From a virus: DNA of 64,000 bases. The notes beneath the pieces are model-generated. The model was given only the letters and a program-made list of their open reading frames with translations, searched no databases and had not been told where the DNA came from. Location of the stretch: positions 41-64,040 of IMG/VR virus record IMGVR_UViG_3300037424_000665; one strand, given 5' to 3'. Both the position numbers and the translations under genes were made by a program. Shown piece by piece: positions 1 to 9,444 of this stretch; position 1 is the stretch's first letter; every line of letters begins with the position of its first letter.

Positions 1-853
1 GCTTTCGAATAACATCGGCGACGCCCTTACCCCCTGGCTCATCGAGAAGATCACAGGTCAGACGCCTTTGTATGTGCTCTTCGACGTGCAATTCCCGAAG
101 TTTATGGTGACGGGCAGCGTGCTCAATCACGCCTCAGATTACACGACGGTCTGGGGGGCGGGCTTTGCCAACTTCGATGACTGCCTGCACGCCAAGCCTA
201 TCATCAAAGCCGTGCGGGGTCCCGTGACTAAGCAACGTGTGGAGTTTCAGGCGGGGATACCCGTAGAGGTTATGGGCGACCCGGCACTGCTCATGCCGAG
301 ATTCTATGATCCACGGACAGCCGGCAGAGATCGACATTACAAGGTCGGTTTTATCCCCCACTACGTTCACCAAGTAGAGACAGCCGCATGGCTCAACGAC
401 CGGGATGACATCAAGCTCATCAACGTCTTCGATACGCCGGAACACTTCGTCTGGAACCTTCTGCAATGCGATGTGGTATTCTCTTCATCCCTGCATGGTC
501 TGGTCATTGCCGACGCCTATGGTGTGCCGCGTGCCTGGTACAACGGGACGATCCAGTTAGGCGGCGACGGGGCGAAGTTCGCCGATTACTTCACGCTGGT
601 GCACGGCCCCGAGAAGAGGTCGCCGGCCCATCCGCACATCGAAGAATTGCCGAAAGACCTGAACGATCTTTACAAGTTGGCGATGCAGAATGAGCCGCCC
701 GATGTCAAGGCGATCTGTGATGCCCTGTGGGACGCCTGCCCGTTCAAACCACCCGTGCAGCAGGAACACAAGCTCGACAAGCCCTTGCCGCCGGTAGTTC
801 CCGGCCAGCCGCTTGCCCAGGAAGATGATATCGAGGAGATCAAACCGAAATGA
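1..853 (+). CDS. Polysaccharide pyruvyl transferase family protein (5'-partial; frame open from position 2)
   Basis: Frame reads LSNNIGDALTPWL...GSVL...WGAG...AVRGPVT...GDPALL...FIPHY...SSSLHGLVIADAYGVP, the typical PS_pyruv_trans motif set. Confidence 0.9.
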   Translation, partial: LSNNIGDALTPWLIEKITGQTPLYVLFDVQFPKFMVTGSVLNHASDYTTVWGAGFANFDDCLHAKPIIKAVRGPVTKQRVEFQAGIPVEVMGDPALLMPRFYDPRTAGRDRHYKVGFIPHYVHQVETAAWLNDRDDIKLINVFDTPEHFVWNLLQCDVVFSSSLHGLVIADAYGVPRAWYNGTIQLGGDGAKFADYFTLVHGPEKRSPAHPHIEELPKDLNDLYKLAMQNEPPDVKAICDALWDACPFKPPVQQEHKLDKPLPPVVPGQPLAQEDDIEEIKPK

Positions 854-1407
854 GCGACGTGAAACTCTCCATCCTGATACTGACGATACCGAGCCGTGCG
901 GACAAACTCGAACGACTGATGAAGATTCTCAGACAGCAGATACCCGTCGATGGCTCCGTGGAGCTTATCGTCAAAGAGAATCGTGCTATCCCCGACGGCG
1001 GGCCGACGATAGGCGAGAATCGCAACGCCGCACTGGCCGATGCGATAGGTGATTACGTGTGCTTCATCGACGATGACGACGTTGTATGTGATACGTACAT
1101 CGCGGAGATTATCAAGGCGACGGCCAGTTGCCCCGACGTGGTCGGCCTCAAGGGTCACTATATTTTAGGCGGCAACAAACCGGAGCTTTTCGTCCACTCG
1201 ATTCAGTACACCGAGTGGAAGACGGTCGATGGGGTGCATCAGCGATGCCCGAATCACCTCAATGCCGTCAAGCGCGAGCTGGCCTTGCAGGTCGGCTTCA
1301 CGCCGAAGAATCACGGCGAGGACAGCGACTACTCGATGGCCCTGCGACCGCTACTCAATTCAGAAGTGATGCCGGAACCCATCTTGTATTTTTACCTAAA
1401 GACTTAA
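850..1407 (+). CDS. Glycosyltransferase family 2 (GT-A)
   Basis: LSILILT N-terminus, IGENRN, YVCFIDDDD, GED motif; ATGA overlap with upstream gene. Confidence 0.85.
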   Translation: MSDVKLSILILTIPSRADKLERLMKILRQQIPVDGSVELIVKENRAIPDGGPTIGENRNAALADAIGDYVCFIDDDDVVCDTYIAEIIKATASCPDVVGLKGHYILGGNKPELFVHSIQYTEWKTVDGVHQRCPNHLNAVKRELALQVGFTPKNHGEDSDYSMALRPLLNSEVMPEPILYFYLKT

Positions 1408-1408
1408 A

Positions 1409-1690
1409 ATGAATAAAGTAATCGCTATAACAGTAACATACGATCAACTTATCGCTGCGTTAAATGAAGCACAACACTTCACCGGCGATGTGATTTCATT
1501 CAAGATACCTGCGCAATATCTCGACGGCCCTATCGTTGAGTTGCATATCACCGAACTTCCAAAACCAAGCACATGCCAACAACAGATATGGCTCAATACA
1601 CCCCCAGCAACGTCCCGAAGGCGTACCCCAAGATCAAGGGGCAGCAGGCCAAACGAAAGACGCCGGCCAAGAAACGGAGTAAGTGAATGA
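1409..1690 (+). CDS. Hypothetical protein (AT-rich block)
   Basis: ATG directly after upstream stop; coupled to next ORF. Confidence 0.5.
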   Translation: MNKVIAITVTYDQLIAALNEAQHFTGDVISFKIPAQYLDGPIVELHITELPKPSTCQQQIWLNTPPATSRRRTPRSRGSRPNERRRPRNGVSE

Positions 1691-2052
1691 ACAAGTTGGC
1701 AACGATTATTGATGTGAGACGATTCGACCCGTACAATAACACATGGCCTGTGTGCGTGGTTTCACCTGATAACAAGTACGATCCGCAAAATGCCTTCGTG
1801 GATACAATCAACGGTAGAATACAGATCACGCCCGGCATGTGGATATTGACTGACATACACGGGGACAGAGAAGTAATGCCGATTGAGTGGTTCCGGCCAT
1901 TCTTTTTTCACAAATCATATTGTAATGAAGACTTCGCATATACACTCTCAGGAACGACGTCAGACAGATCCGTTTTCGCGGATTGTCTGTATAAACACGG
2001 ACCGGAATGCACTCTTGGTGTTTCAGGAGAAGGATCAAAAAAATGGACGTGA
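1687..2052 (+). CDS. Hypothetical protein
   Basis: ATGA overlap, 121 aa ORF. Confidence 0.5.
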   Translation: MNKLATIIDVRRFDPYNNTWPVCVVSPDNKYDPQNAFVDTINGRIQITPGMWILTDIHGDREVMPIEWFRPFFFHKSYCNEDFAYTLSGTTSDRSVFADCLYKHGPECTLGVSGEGSKKWT

Positions 2053-2083
2053 AACAGAAGCGGCGCAAGTAGAAGGGAAAGTA

Positions 2084-2242
2084 ATGCGATTATTCTGCAG
2101 GATACTTGGGCATTGTTTCGCCTTCGAGAAATATGAGTTACTTTTTCGATGCCCTGAACCACCCGGATATGGCGCCCTTATCTGGGTAGTCAAATGCCGA
2201 CGATGCGGAATACAACGCAAAATGAGAAGGAGCGATAGATAG
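2084..2242 (+). CDS. Small Cys/His-rich phage protein
   Basis: RBS-like AAGGGA; MRLFCRILGHC...CRRC. Confidence 0.4.
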   Translation: MRLFCRILGHCFAFEKYELLFRCPEPPGYGALIWVVKCRRCGIQRKMRRSDR

Positions 2243-2256
2243 TAAAGGAGAATCCC

Positions 2257-2436
2257 ATGCCGAAAGGCTACGAGCACATGAGAGACAAGTTCATGCAAGA
2301 AGGCATGAGCGAAGACGCGGCCCAGGCGAAGGCGGCACGCATCTGGAACGCCGAACACCCCGGTAATCCCGTGACCGGCAAGCATCATGGCAAGAAGAAG
2401 AGTGTATCCAGCGGGAAGATGACGCGAACCAAGTAA
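2257..2436 (+). CDS. Small basic hypothetical protein (59 aa, below ORF-track cutoff)
   Basis: AAGGAG RBS; MPKGYEHMRDKF...KMTRTK. Confidence 0.6.
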   Translation: MPKGYEHMRDKFMQEGMSEDAAQAKAARIWNAEHPGNPVTGKHHGKKKSVSSGKMTRTK

Positions 2437-2463
2437 GCGAACAACGCCAGAAGACATAGGCAC

Positions 2464-2553
2464 AGGCGGAGTAGCTACCGCCGAGTGCTATCACCACGCA
2501 GCCTGTGATAGAGGCCGTAGGGTCGAAAGACTTTGCGGCCTCTTTCTTTTGGC
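2464..2553 (+). ncRNA. Conserved three-hairpin element ending in a terminator (copy A)
   Basis: GGCGG-AGTAGCTA-CCGCC; CTATCAC/GTGATAG; GAGGCCGTAG..GAAA..TTGCGGCCTC plus T-tract; second copy at 61468-61555. Confidence 0.5.
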
Positions 2554-2571
2554 AATGAAGGAGTCAGGAAA

Positions 2572-3822
2572 TTGAGATTCTTGTTCAAGTATCCTACGAG
2601 ACAAAGGCCCGAATGGTTTCGCCAGACCTTAGCCGCGTACTACAGGAAGCTCAGCGGCGTTCACGAGTACCGTTTCGTGATCACGATGGACACCGACGAT
2701 GCCTCGATGAACAACCAGCCGATGCGCCAGTGGCTCGAATCGCAGCAGCACTTGAGTTTCCACTACGGGGACCACAAGAGCAAGATCGAGGCGTGCAACG
2801 CCGGTGTGCCCGACGAGGACTGGGACATCCTCGTGCTGGTCTCGGACGATATGACGCCCATCGTGACGTGCTTCGACGACATCATCGCCCGCGATATGCA
2901 GCAGCACTTCCCCCAGCTCGACGGCGTCCTGCACTACAACGACGGCAAGGTGGGCTCTAAGCTGATGACGCTCTCAGTCTTAGGCCGCGAGTTCTACAAG
3001 AAGGTCGGGTTCGTCTATTGGCCGGCGTATCGGGGGACGTGGTGCGACAATGACACGATGGAGATGGCCCAGCAGTGGGGCAAATACTGGTACAGCGATC
3101 AGACCATCATTCGGCACGACTGGCAACAGCATGAGAAATACAAGGGCGATGCGGTCTATCAGAAGGGCGAATCAAGCTATCCAGCCGACAAACTCATCTA
3201 TGAATGGCGCAAGGGCCGCAAATTCCCCGTGTCCTTCTCACAGAACGATGAGGACTGGCCTATCCGCCGCTACTTCAAAGACAATTTCCACGGCAGGTTC
3301 CTGGATATCGGGGCCGGGGACGGCGTGACCTTCAGCAACACCAAGATTCTCTACGACATGGGCTGGGACGGTGTGGCGATGGAGCCCTCGCCGTCGCTTT
3401 TGGGCGCTCTTGAGATAAACATGCACCCCGGCAGGGTCAAGACGATTCGCGGCGCCCTGGCCCAGCATGATGGCGGGATCGAATTTTACCACGCCAGAGG
3501 TGATTTCATCTCGACAACGAACACGGCCCACCGCGACAAGTGGGCAACTTGCGCCCACGTGCCCTATGAGACTCTCAGCGTGACGGCTCTGACGTGGGAC
3601 GATATTCTCGCTCAACATGGTTATGACTTCGATTTCCTCAACCTCGACGTGGAAGGCGAGAATATCGCGCTGTTCAAACTCATCCCGGCGGAGCTGCTCA
3701 ACAGGCTCAAAATGGTCTGTGTGGAATACGACGGTAATCCGGGAGCCGTCAATGAGATATGCCAGCCTTACGGCTTCAAGCAGATACACAGCACGGGAGA
3801 GAACGTGATTCTGGCAAAATGA
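2572..3822 (+). CDS. Fusion of GT-A glycosyltransferase and FkbM-family methyltransferase
   Basis: TTG start after AAGGAG; LVSDDM and WCDND in N-half; FLDIGAGDGVTFSNT, EPSP, LNLDVEG in C-half. Confidence 0.85.
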   Translation: MRFLFKYPTRQRPEWFRQTLAAYYRKLSGVHEYRFVITMDTDDASMNNQPMRQWLESQQHLSFHYGDHKSKIEACNAGVPDEDWDILVLVSDDMTPIVTCFDDIIARDMQQHFPQLDGVLHYNDGKVGSKLMTLSVLGREFYKKVGFVYWPAYRGTWCDNDTMEMAQQWGKYWYSDQTIIRHDWQQHEKYKGDAVYQKGESSYPADKLIYEWRKGRKFPVSFSQNDEDWPIRRYFKDNFHGRFLDIGAGDGVTFSNTKILYDMGWDGVAMEPSPSLLGALEINMHPGRVKTIRGALAQHDGGIEFYHARGDFISTTNTAHRDKWATCAHVPYETLSVTALTWDDILAQHGYDFDFLNLDVEGENIALFKLIPAELLNRLKMVCVEYDGNPGAVNEICQPYGFKQIHSTGENVILAK

Positions 3823-5330
3823 CCCCTGATGAACAAACCCAACTCGACATCAACGGAATAGTCACCATAGCTTTCGGCGGTGAATACGACAAGATTGCCG
3901 CCGCCTGCATCAGGCACAGCCGCAAGTTCACGGGCCTGCCAATCCGGGTGTTGACCAATCTCACACAGGACCAGCGGAGTGACGTGTGGAAAGAAGTATC
4001 CGGTGTCTATTTCACCTATATCGACAAACCCAATAACGCCAATAGGCTCGTCAAGATTCTGCACGTCCAAGACCCGTTCTTCGACCGAACCATCTACCTT
4101 GACGCCGACGCACTGATTCAGCGCACAGGCATTGAAACCGTCTTGGGTATGCTGAATTACACGGATTTTGTATTCAACAGCGTCTATCACTGGAAGCCCA
4201 CCGACAAAATCCCGAACATTTACGCCAAGGCCCTCTTGGCAACGGGGGCCAAACTTCCTTTGCGAACCTACAGTGGGGGATTCTTCGCGTGGAAGAAGGG
4301 TCCTTTGGCGGAGGAATTATCGAAAGTCTGGCTGGACTATTGGCAGCGCACGGGCGGAGGCAGGGACATGCCCGCGCTGGCCTGCGCTGTTCAGCGAGTG
4401 CAACCGGCTATCTTCGATACGGGACTCTCGCCCATCTTCGCCGCCGAGCGAAAGGACCCTAAGTGTATCATCCAGCACAATTACAACGGGACATTCTTCG
4501 AGGACTTCGGACTGCCGAGGTTCCAGGAGAACAAGTGGTTCGACAGCGATCCCTCGGATTTCAGAATGACTGAATTCAAACGCACCGTAACAATCCAGAG
4601 CCACAACGGGATAGGCGACCTGCTCTTTGTGACGCCTGCGCTGCGAAGAATCAAGGAAGCCTATCCCGACTGCGAGATCATCGTCAATACGAACAAGCCA
4701 ACGCTGCTGATGGGCAATCCTTACGTCGATAAGGTCAACGTGGGAACGGATGGCGTCTTTTTGGGCTATACTGCCCCGGACAGCGGAAGACTGCCGGCCG
4801 AGCATCATATCCTCGAAGATTGGCGGATAGTGTGCAAGGCGTACAATCTCATCACCGAGCCGCCGGACCTGCGGCCCGAGCTTTACATCCCCAACCTGCC
4901 GCCGAAGCGGAACCTTATCGGCGTCCAGACCGTTCATAAGGGCAACTACCACAACAAAAGGGTCTGGCCCGGACTGATAGAGCTGTCTCGACGTGAAGGC
5001 TTCGAGGCTATCCCTGAGATCGTTGACGGCGATAAGATGATCGGGTTGGTGAGGAAACTGGCCGAATACCAGGCCGTCGTATGTCCCGAAGGAGGCATCT
5101 CCCATATCGCCGCCGCCCTGCATCTGCCGGCGGTCGTGGTCTTCGGGGGCTTTTCAGACCCCCAATGGACGGGCTATCCCGACCACGTCAATATCACCAG
5201 CGACATCGAATGCCGCCATTGCTACAACAACAACCCGTGTGTGAACAAGGAGCCGTTCAAATGCTTTCAGAGTATCTCTGTTCAAAGTGTAGAAGAGGTT
5301 GCCAAGGCGCTGATAAAGAAAAGTGCCTGA
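3819..5330 (+). CDS. Fusion of GT-A domain and GT9 (heptosyltransferase-like, GT-B) domain
   Basis: YLDADAL and RDMPAL in N-half; HNGIGDLLFVTPALRRIKEAYPD and EGGISHIAAALHLPAVVVFG in C-half. Confidence 0.85.
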   Translation: MTPDEQTQLDINGIVTIAFGGEYDKIAAACIRHSRKFTGLPIRVLTNLTQDQRSDVWKEVSGVYFTYIDKPNNANRLVKILHVQDPFFDRTIYLDADALIQRTGIETVLGMLNYTDFVFNSVYHWKPTDKIPNIYAKALLATGAKLPLRTYSGGFFAWKKGPLAEELSKVWLDYWQRTGGGRDMPALACAVQRVQPAIFDTGLSPIFAAERKDPKCIIQHNYNGTFFEDFGLPRFQENKWFDSDPSDFRMTEFKRTVTIQSHNGIGDLLFVTPALRRIKEAYPDCEIIVNTNKPTLLMGNPYVDKVNVGTDGVFLGYTAPDSGRLPAEHHILEDWRIVCKAYNLITEPPDLRPELYIPNLPPKRNLIGVQTVHKGNYHNKRVWPGLIELSRREGFEAIPEIVDGDKMIGLVRKLAEYQAVVCPEGGISHIAAALHLPAVVVFGGFSDPQWTGYPDHVNITSDIECRHCYNNNPCVNKEPFKCFQSISVQSVEEVAKALIKKSA

Positions 5331-5839
5331 CGGCGCCGGCCCTCAACTTGGGCAGCGGTTTCATGCTCAAGAAGGACCATATCAACTTCGATATTCTCGA
5401 TATTCAGGTGGATACCGTGAAGACCGATATCGTCGGCGACGTTCGCACGGCAACCTCCGTTTTCCAACCCTGCATGTTCGCTTCGATTTTCTGCGCGCAC
5501 GTCATCGAGCATTTCTACGCCGTCGAAGCGCAGCATCTTCTGGCGGACTGTTTCACACTGCTCCGGCCCGGCGGACTGATGGTTCTTGAGGCGCCCGATA
5601 TCGAGAAGATCATCCTGACCTACGAAGTGGGTCAGATTAACCAGGTTATCCAGGAAATCTACGGCGATCATCAATGGATGGCTAAGTACGGCGATAAGTG
5701 GATGCACAAATGGGGCTGGACGGGCAAGCGGGCCGCCGATGCCATGCAGGCGGCGGGTTTTAGGATTCGCATGATAGGCGACGGAATCTCGCATCACAAA
5801 CCATTCAGAGACTTTCGGGTGGAAGGAGTTAAGCCATGA
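5327..5839 (+). CDS. Class I SAM-dependent methyltransferase (start uncertain: CTG 5327 or ATG 5262)
   Basis: LNLGSG, FDI, CAHVIEHF, LLRPGGLMVLEAPD. Confidence 0.8.
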   Translation: MTAPALNLGSGFMLKKDHINFDILDIQVDTVKTDIVGDVRTATSVFQPCMFASIFCAHVIEHFYAVEAQHLLADCFTLLRPGGLMVLEAPDIEKIILTYEVGQINQVIQEIYGDHQWMAKYGDKWMHKWGWTGKRAADAMQAAGFRIRMIGDGISHHKPFRDFRVEGVKP

Positions 5840-6813
5840 ATTATCTCGTTACAGGGATTACGGGTTTTGCCGGCCCGCATTTGGCCAGGCTGTTGTTGGA
5901 CGAAGGCCACGAAGTCTATGGCCTGATTCGCGGCTCGAACGGCAGAGAAACCGACCTGCTGGACGTGATGACGGAGGCCGAACTCAAACGGATTCGCTGG
6001 TTAGTGGCCGACCTGGTGGACTTTCCGAGTCTCGAACAGGTCATCAGGCAGAATGCCCTTGACGGCATTTTTCACTTGGCGGCGCAGAGCCATCCGCCGA
6101 CCAGCTTTTCGCAACCCGTTATGACGTTTCAGAACAACGTCATGGGTTCGGTGAATCTCATCGAGGCCGTCGCGCAGCATCAGCCGCATTGCAAGCTGCA
6201 TTTCTGCTCGTCGTCGGAGGTCTATGGGAACCAACAGGACTGCGAATGGACCGAGGACGCCCCAATCAAGCCCGCCAATCCCTATGGGGCCACCAAAGCG
6301 GCCATCGACATCTTCATGCAGGAACGGCTCAGAAACCAATATATTCGAGGATTTATCACCAGGGCGCACTGCCATACGGGGCCGCGAAGGGGCTACCGAT
6401 TCAGCATCTCCTCGGATGCCTACCAGATTGCTAAGATGATCCTCGATCTGCAGGAGCCGGTCCTGTTGATAGGCAATCTCGATACCACCCGCCAGGTCAT
6501 GGACGTTCGGGACTGCGTTCGGGCCTATTACAGACTGATGCAGGCGGACCTCAAACACCACGTCTATAACGTCTCGACCGACCATAGTTACGCGATGCGG
6601 TTCTTCACCGAGACCCTGATAAAACTGTCGGGCCTCAAGGACGTGGTCCAGAAGATTCACCCTCCTTTCTGGCGGCCCATTGACATTCAGGCTCAGCATT
6701 CGAGGACGGAGCGTTTGCGGTCGGAGATCGACTGGAAGCCGGAAATTCCCATCGAGCAGACGTTAGGGGATTTGCTGGCGTACTGGGTGGTGAAGTTGCG
6801 AAAGAGCAAATGA
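5836..6813 (+). CDS. gmd: GDP-mannose 4,6-dehydratase / GDP-6-deoxyhexose reductase family (extended SDR)
   Basis: VTGITGFAG, HLAAQSH, SSSEVYG, YGATK, GNLD..R..MDVRD; Gmd vs Rmd not separable by eye. Confidence 0.8.
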   Translation: MNYLVTGITGFAGPHLARLLLDEGHEVYGLIRGSNGRETDLLDVMTEAELKRIRWLVADLVDFPSLEQVIRQNALDGIFHLAAQSHPPTSFSQPVMTFQNNVMGSVNLIEAVAQHQPHCKLHFCSSSEVYGNQQDCEWTEDAPIKPANPYGATKAAIDIFMQERLRNQYIRGFITRAHCHTGPRRGYRFSISSDAYQIAKMILDLQEPVLLIGNLDTTRQVMDVRDCVRAYYRLMQADLKHHVYNVSTDHSYAMRFFTETLIKLSGLKDVVQKIHPPFWRPIDIQAQHSRTERLRSEIDWKPEIPIEQTLGDLLAYWVVKLRKSK

Positions 6814-7484
6814 ACGTCGAATTTGAGATAACCCTGCGCTGTAACGCGGCTTGCGACTCCTGCTCGCGGCACTGTCACTATGGGATGTATGATGAAGCAT
6901 CGGACGTGACGATGGGCCAGGTCTCGCGGTTCATCGAGGAAGTCAAAGGTCATCCCGATATCGACATGATTCACGTCATGGGCGGCGAGCCTACGCTGCA
7001 TCCCGAATTCAATACGATTGTCTCGATGCTCAAATGCACCTTGCTCGATACCGGCAAGATCAAAAGACTCCAGATCGTCAGCAACGGTTTGATCCCTATT
7101 GACCCGGCGCTCGGTGTCGGCGTGTGCCTATCCCCGCCTGAGAAGTCTGCGAGGCATCGCTGCATGTTCGTAGCGCCGTGCGATACCGGCCAGGAATTGA
7201 AGGACTGCCCCGTCCCCCAGGATTGCGGCATCAGCTTCGGGGCCTACGGCTATTGGCCGTGCGGGGCCGGAGGCGCTATCTGCCGGCTGTTCGGCTTTTC
7301 GATGTACCATCGCATGACCATCCCCAAAGACGAGAGAGACTTTCCTTACGAGATGGCGATGTGCGCTTACTGCCAGGCGAAAGCCAAGATGTATCTGATG
7401 TGCAAGGACTTCGGCGAAATCAAGAGCATCAGCTTCCGCAAGGCGTTTCGGGAGTTCAATGCGAAGAAACTCAGGAGATATTGA
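6810..7484 (+). CDS. Radical SAM protein
   Basis: CNAACDSC (CxxxCxxC), MGGEPTLHP, SNG, Cys-rich C-terminus. Confidence 0.85.
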   Translation: MNVEFEITLRCNAACDSCSRHCHYGMYDEASDVTMGQVSRFIEEVKGHPDIDMIHVMGGEPTLHPEFNTIVSMLKCTLLDTGKIKRLQIVSNGLIPIDPALGVGVCLSPPEKSARHRCMFVAPCDTGQELKDCPVPQDCGISFGAYGYWPCGAGGAICRLFGFSMYHRMTIPKDERDFPYEMAMCAYCQAKAKMYLMCKDFGEIKSISFRKAFREFNAKKLRRY

Positions 7485-7486
7485 GA

Positions 7487-7723
7487 ATGAAGATCGAAGT
7501 ACGATTGATACCCGACTTCGCGCGGGACTCAGAAAAAGAGATTGAGCACGAAATCGGCGTGTTGAATGATATTCTCGGTCATGATGCCGCACATTGCAGA
7601 GAAAAGACTGACGGAATCAGTGGGCCTCTCGTGAGGAACTATGCTTTGTGGACCGGCGATTTCTGGGAACTCTACAAGCGAATCAAGGACCGCATCTACC
7701 GGCGACTGGAGGCACAGAAGTGA
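7487..7723 (+). CDS. Hypothetical protein
   Basis: AGGAG upstream; 78 aa. Confidence 0.5.
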   Translation: MKIEVRLIPDFARDSEKEIEHEIGVLNDILGHDAAHCREKTDGISGPLVRNYALWTGDFWELYKRIKDRIYRRLEAQK

Positions 7724-7933
7724 AAGTCATCGACAAGCTGAAAAAAGTATGCGTTTCAGAACCATCCATTAACCGGCCCCGAACCAGGCGAGGGACCCGA
7801 AGCATATGGGGAAAGATGTCGGCAATGGGCAAGGGAACAATGTATGATTTTCAGTGGATACCATAAAGATGATGAACATTGCCGGTAAGCAGAAGATGTT
7901 GCCGCAAGCGCCGATGCAGACAGTGGGGGCGAC

Positions 7934-8152
7934 ATGATAGCGCAGGAAGTGATAGAACGGTGTCGCTCAGCGAAGCGTCTTATCCCCGTGGTCATTGAGG
8001 GTCAAGAGTATTATTTGGCGATCGCGCATCCTCGAATGTATTACTTGCTCAAGGTGGCGGCGGCCAAAGAGAAATACAGACACGAGCGATGGGTGGAGCG
8101 ATACAATCGTTGGCGGCGAAGCCACGGGGAGGGCGCAAACCCCAATGAGTGA
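7934..8152 (+). CDS. Hypothetical protein
   Basis: GGGGG RBS-like; ORF in operon order. Confidence 0.45.
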   Translation: MIAQEVIERCRSAKRLIPVVIEGQEYYLAIAHPRMYYLLKVAAAKEKYRHERWVERYNRWRRSHGEGANPNE

Positions 8153-8324
8153 TACTTGTGTAGTAATTTGTCTATCTCTGTGGCTGATCGTTGGCTTTGT
8201 GAGTTATGTATATGGAATGATCAAGTTTGATTGTGAATTTTATGGATTTGTCCATTTTGTTTTTTGGATTCTTCTGGGACCAATCGGATTGTTTATAAAT
8301 ATGAAAAATTGGAAAAATGAATGA
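8145..8324 (+). CDS. Small membrane protein (AT-rich insert)
   Basis: Two hydrophobic stretches; 5' end duplicates that of 8492 gene. Confidence 0.5.
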   Translation: MSDTCVVICLSLWLIVGFVSYVYGMIKFDCEFYGFVHFVFWILLGPIGLFINMKNWKNE

Positions 8325-8499
8325 TCGAAGACGACATCCATTATTTGATGATCAAGATGGCACGTGGACATATTTCGGAAAACAATATACCAGTTTAGAA
8401 CTTGATAAAAAATTACATCTATCAAAGCGATTGACAATCATTTCACATATTAAGGAGCGTCTTCAAAAGATAGAGAAGATGAAGCCATCCAATGAGTGA
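8317..8499 (+). CDS. Hypothetical protein (AT-rich insert)
   Basis: Overlapping start/stop with neighbours. Confidence 0.4.
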   Translation: MNDRRRHPLFDDQDGTWTYFGKQYTSLELDKKLHLSKRLTIISHIKERLQKIEKMKPSNE

Positions 8500-9172
8500 T
8501 ACCTGTGTCGTCAACTATTCCTCCGGCTGGTTCGTCAGGGGCCAGCAGCGATTGAAACAAGCCTGCCTCGACGTGGGCTACAAGGGGGATTTCCTGCTGT
8601 TCAACGACGAGAACCCCTTGAAGTGCCCGCCGCACAGCCAAGTGCCCTACGGCTTCAAGCCCTACGCGATGAAAGAGGCGCAGAAGCGAGGTTATCGGTT
8701 CATCTTATGGTGCGATTCGAGCGTGTACCCGGAAAGGCCCCTGGACGCCGTGTGGGCTCTGCTGCGCGAGCAAGGCTATATGTTCTTACAGTGCGGTCAC
8801 AACTGCGGAACGTGGTGCACCGACGTGGCGTTGCAAGTCCTTGGTATCGACAGGGAACTGGCTTTTACGTTACCACAACTCGTCGGCGGCTGTCAGGCCC
8901 TCGATCTTCAGAATGAGTTGGCGAGGAAGTATCTCGACCGATGGTTTGAATTGGCCAACGACGGTCTGAGCTTTCATGGTGACTGGACCAACGAACACGG
9001 GCAGGTCTCGAAAGCCCCCCGCGTCAAAGGACATCGCCACGACCAAGTTATCGGAAGCCTGATTGCCTATCAGTTGGGCATGACGGACTTCAAAGGAAAC
9101 TGGCTTATCTACGACGAGCGGGGCACAGTGCCGCGACGGCCGGAAATGATATTCGTGGTCAGGAGTGCATGA
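8492..9172 (+). CDS. GT-A nucleotide-diphospho-sugar transferase-like protein
   Basis: YGFKPYAM, ILWCDSS, HRHDQVIGSL. Confidence 0.7.
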   Translation: MSDTCVVNYSSGWFVRGQQRLKQACLDVGYKGDFLLFNDENPLKCPPHSQVPYGFKPYAMKEAQKRGYRFILWCDSSVYPERPLDAVWALLREQGYMFLQCGHNCGTWCTDVALQVLGIDRELAFTLPQLVGGCQALDLQNELARKYLDRWFELANDGLSFHGDWTNEHGQVSKAPRVKGHRHDQVIGSLIAYQLGMTDFKGNWLIYDERGTVPRRPEMIFVVRSA

Positions 9173-9440
9173 TATGCGCGGTCTCTTATTGGAAGTTAGC
9201 GTTCTTAATCCAGACGAATATGATCTTGAAACATTCTGCAAGGAATTGGTCGAATGCGCAACACGCCTCACTATCAATGTTGAGGCCCCATTTCGGGGAA
9301 CGACCATTCTTGCAACGCCTACAAGCACCTCAGAAGAGTTGGTAGCCAATTTCCGTAGGCGATTGGAGAAACACCGGGAAGAACAGAAGAATCTCGGCAT
9401 TTTCAGTATGGATGAACAAGTGAAATACAAAGGGATGTAG
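9165..9440 (+). CDS. Hypothetical protein
   Basis: AGGAG RBS, overlap with upstream stop. Confidence 0.45.
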   Translation: MHDMRGLLLEVSVLNPDEYDLETFCKELVECATRLTINVEAPFRGTTILATPTSTSEELVANFRRRLEKHREEQKNLGIFSMDEQVKYKGM

Positions 9441-9444
9441 TGTT

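Noticed and set aside
1-313. Exact terminal repeat/circular overlap, or DGR TR/VR pair with 63684-64000
   Set aside because: Differences are mostly synonymous, not adenine-specific, and include an indel; no reverse transcriptase gene is seen.
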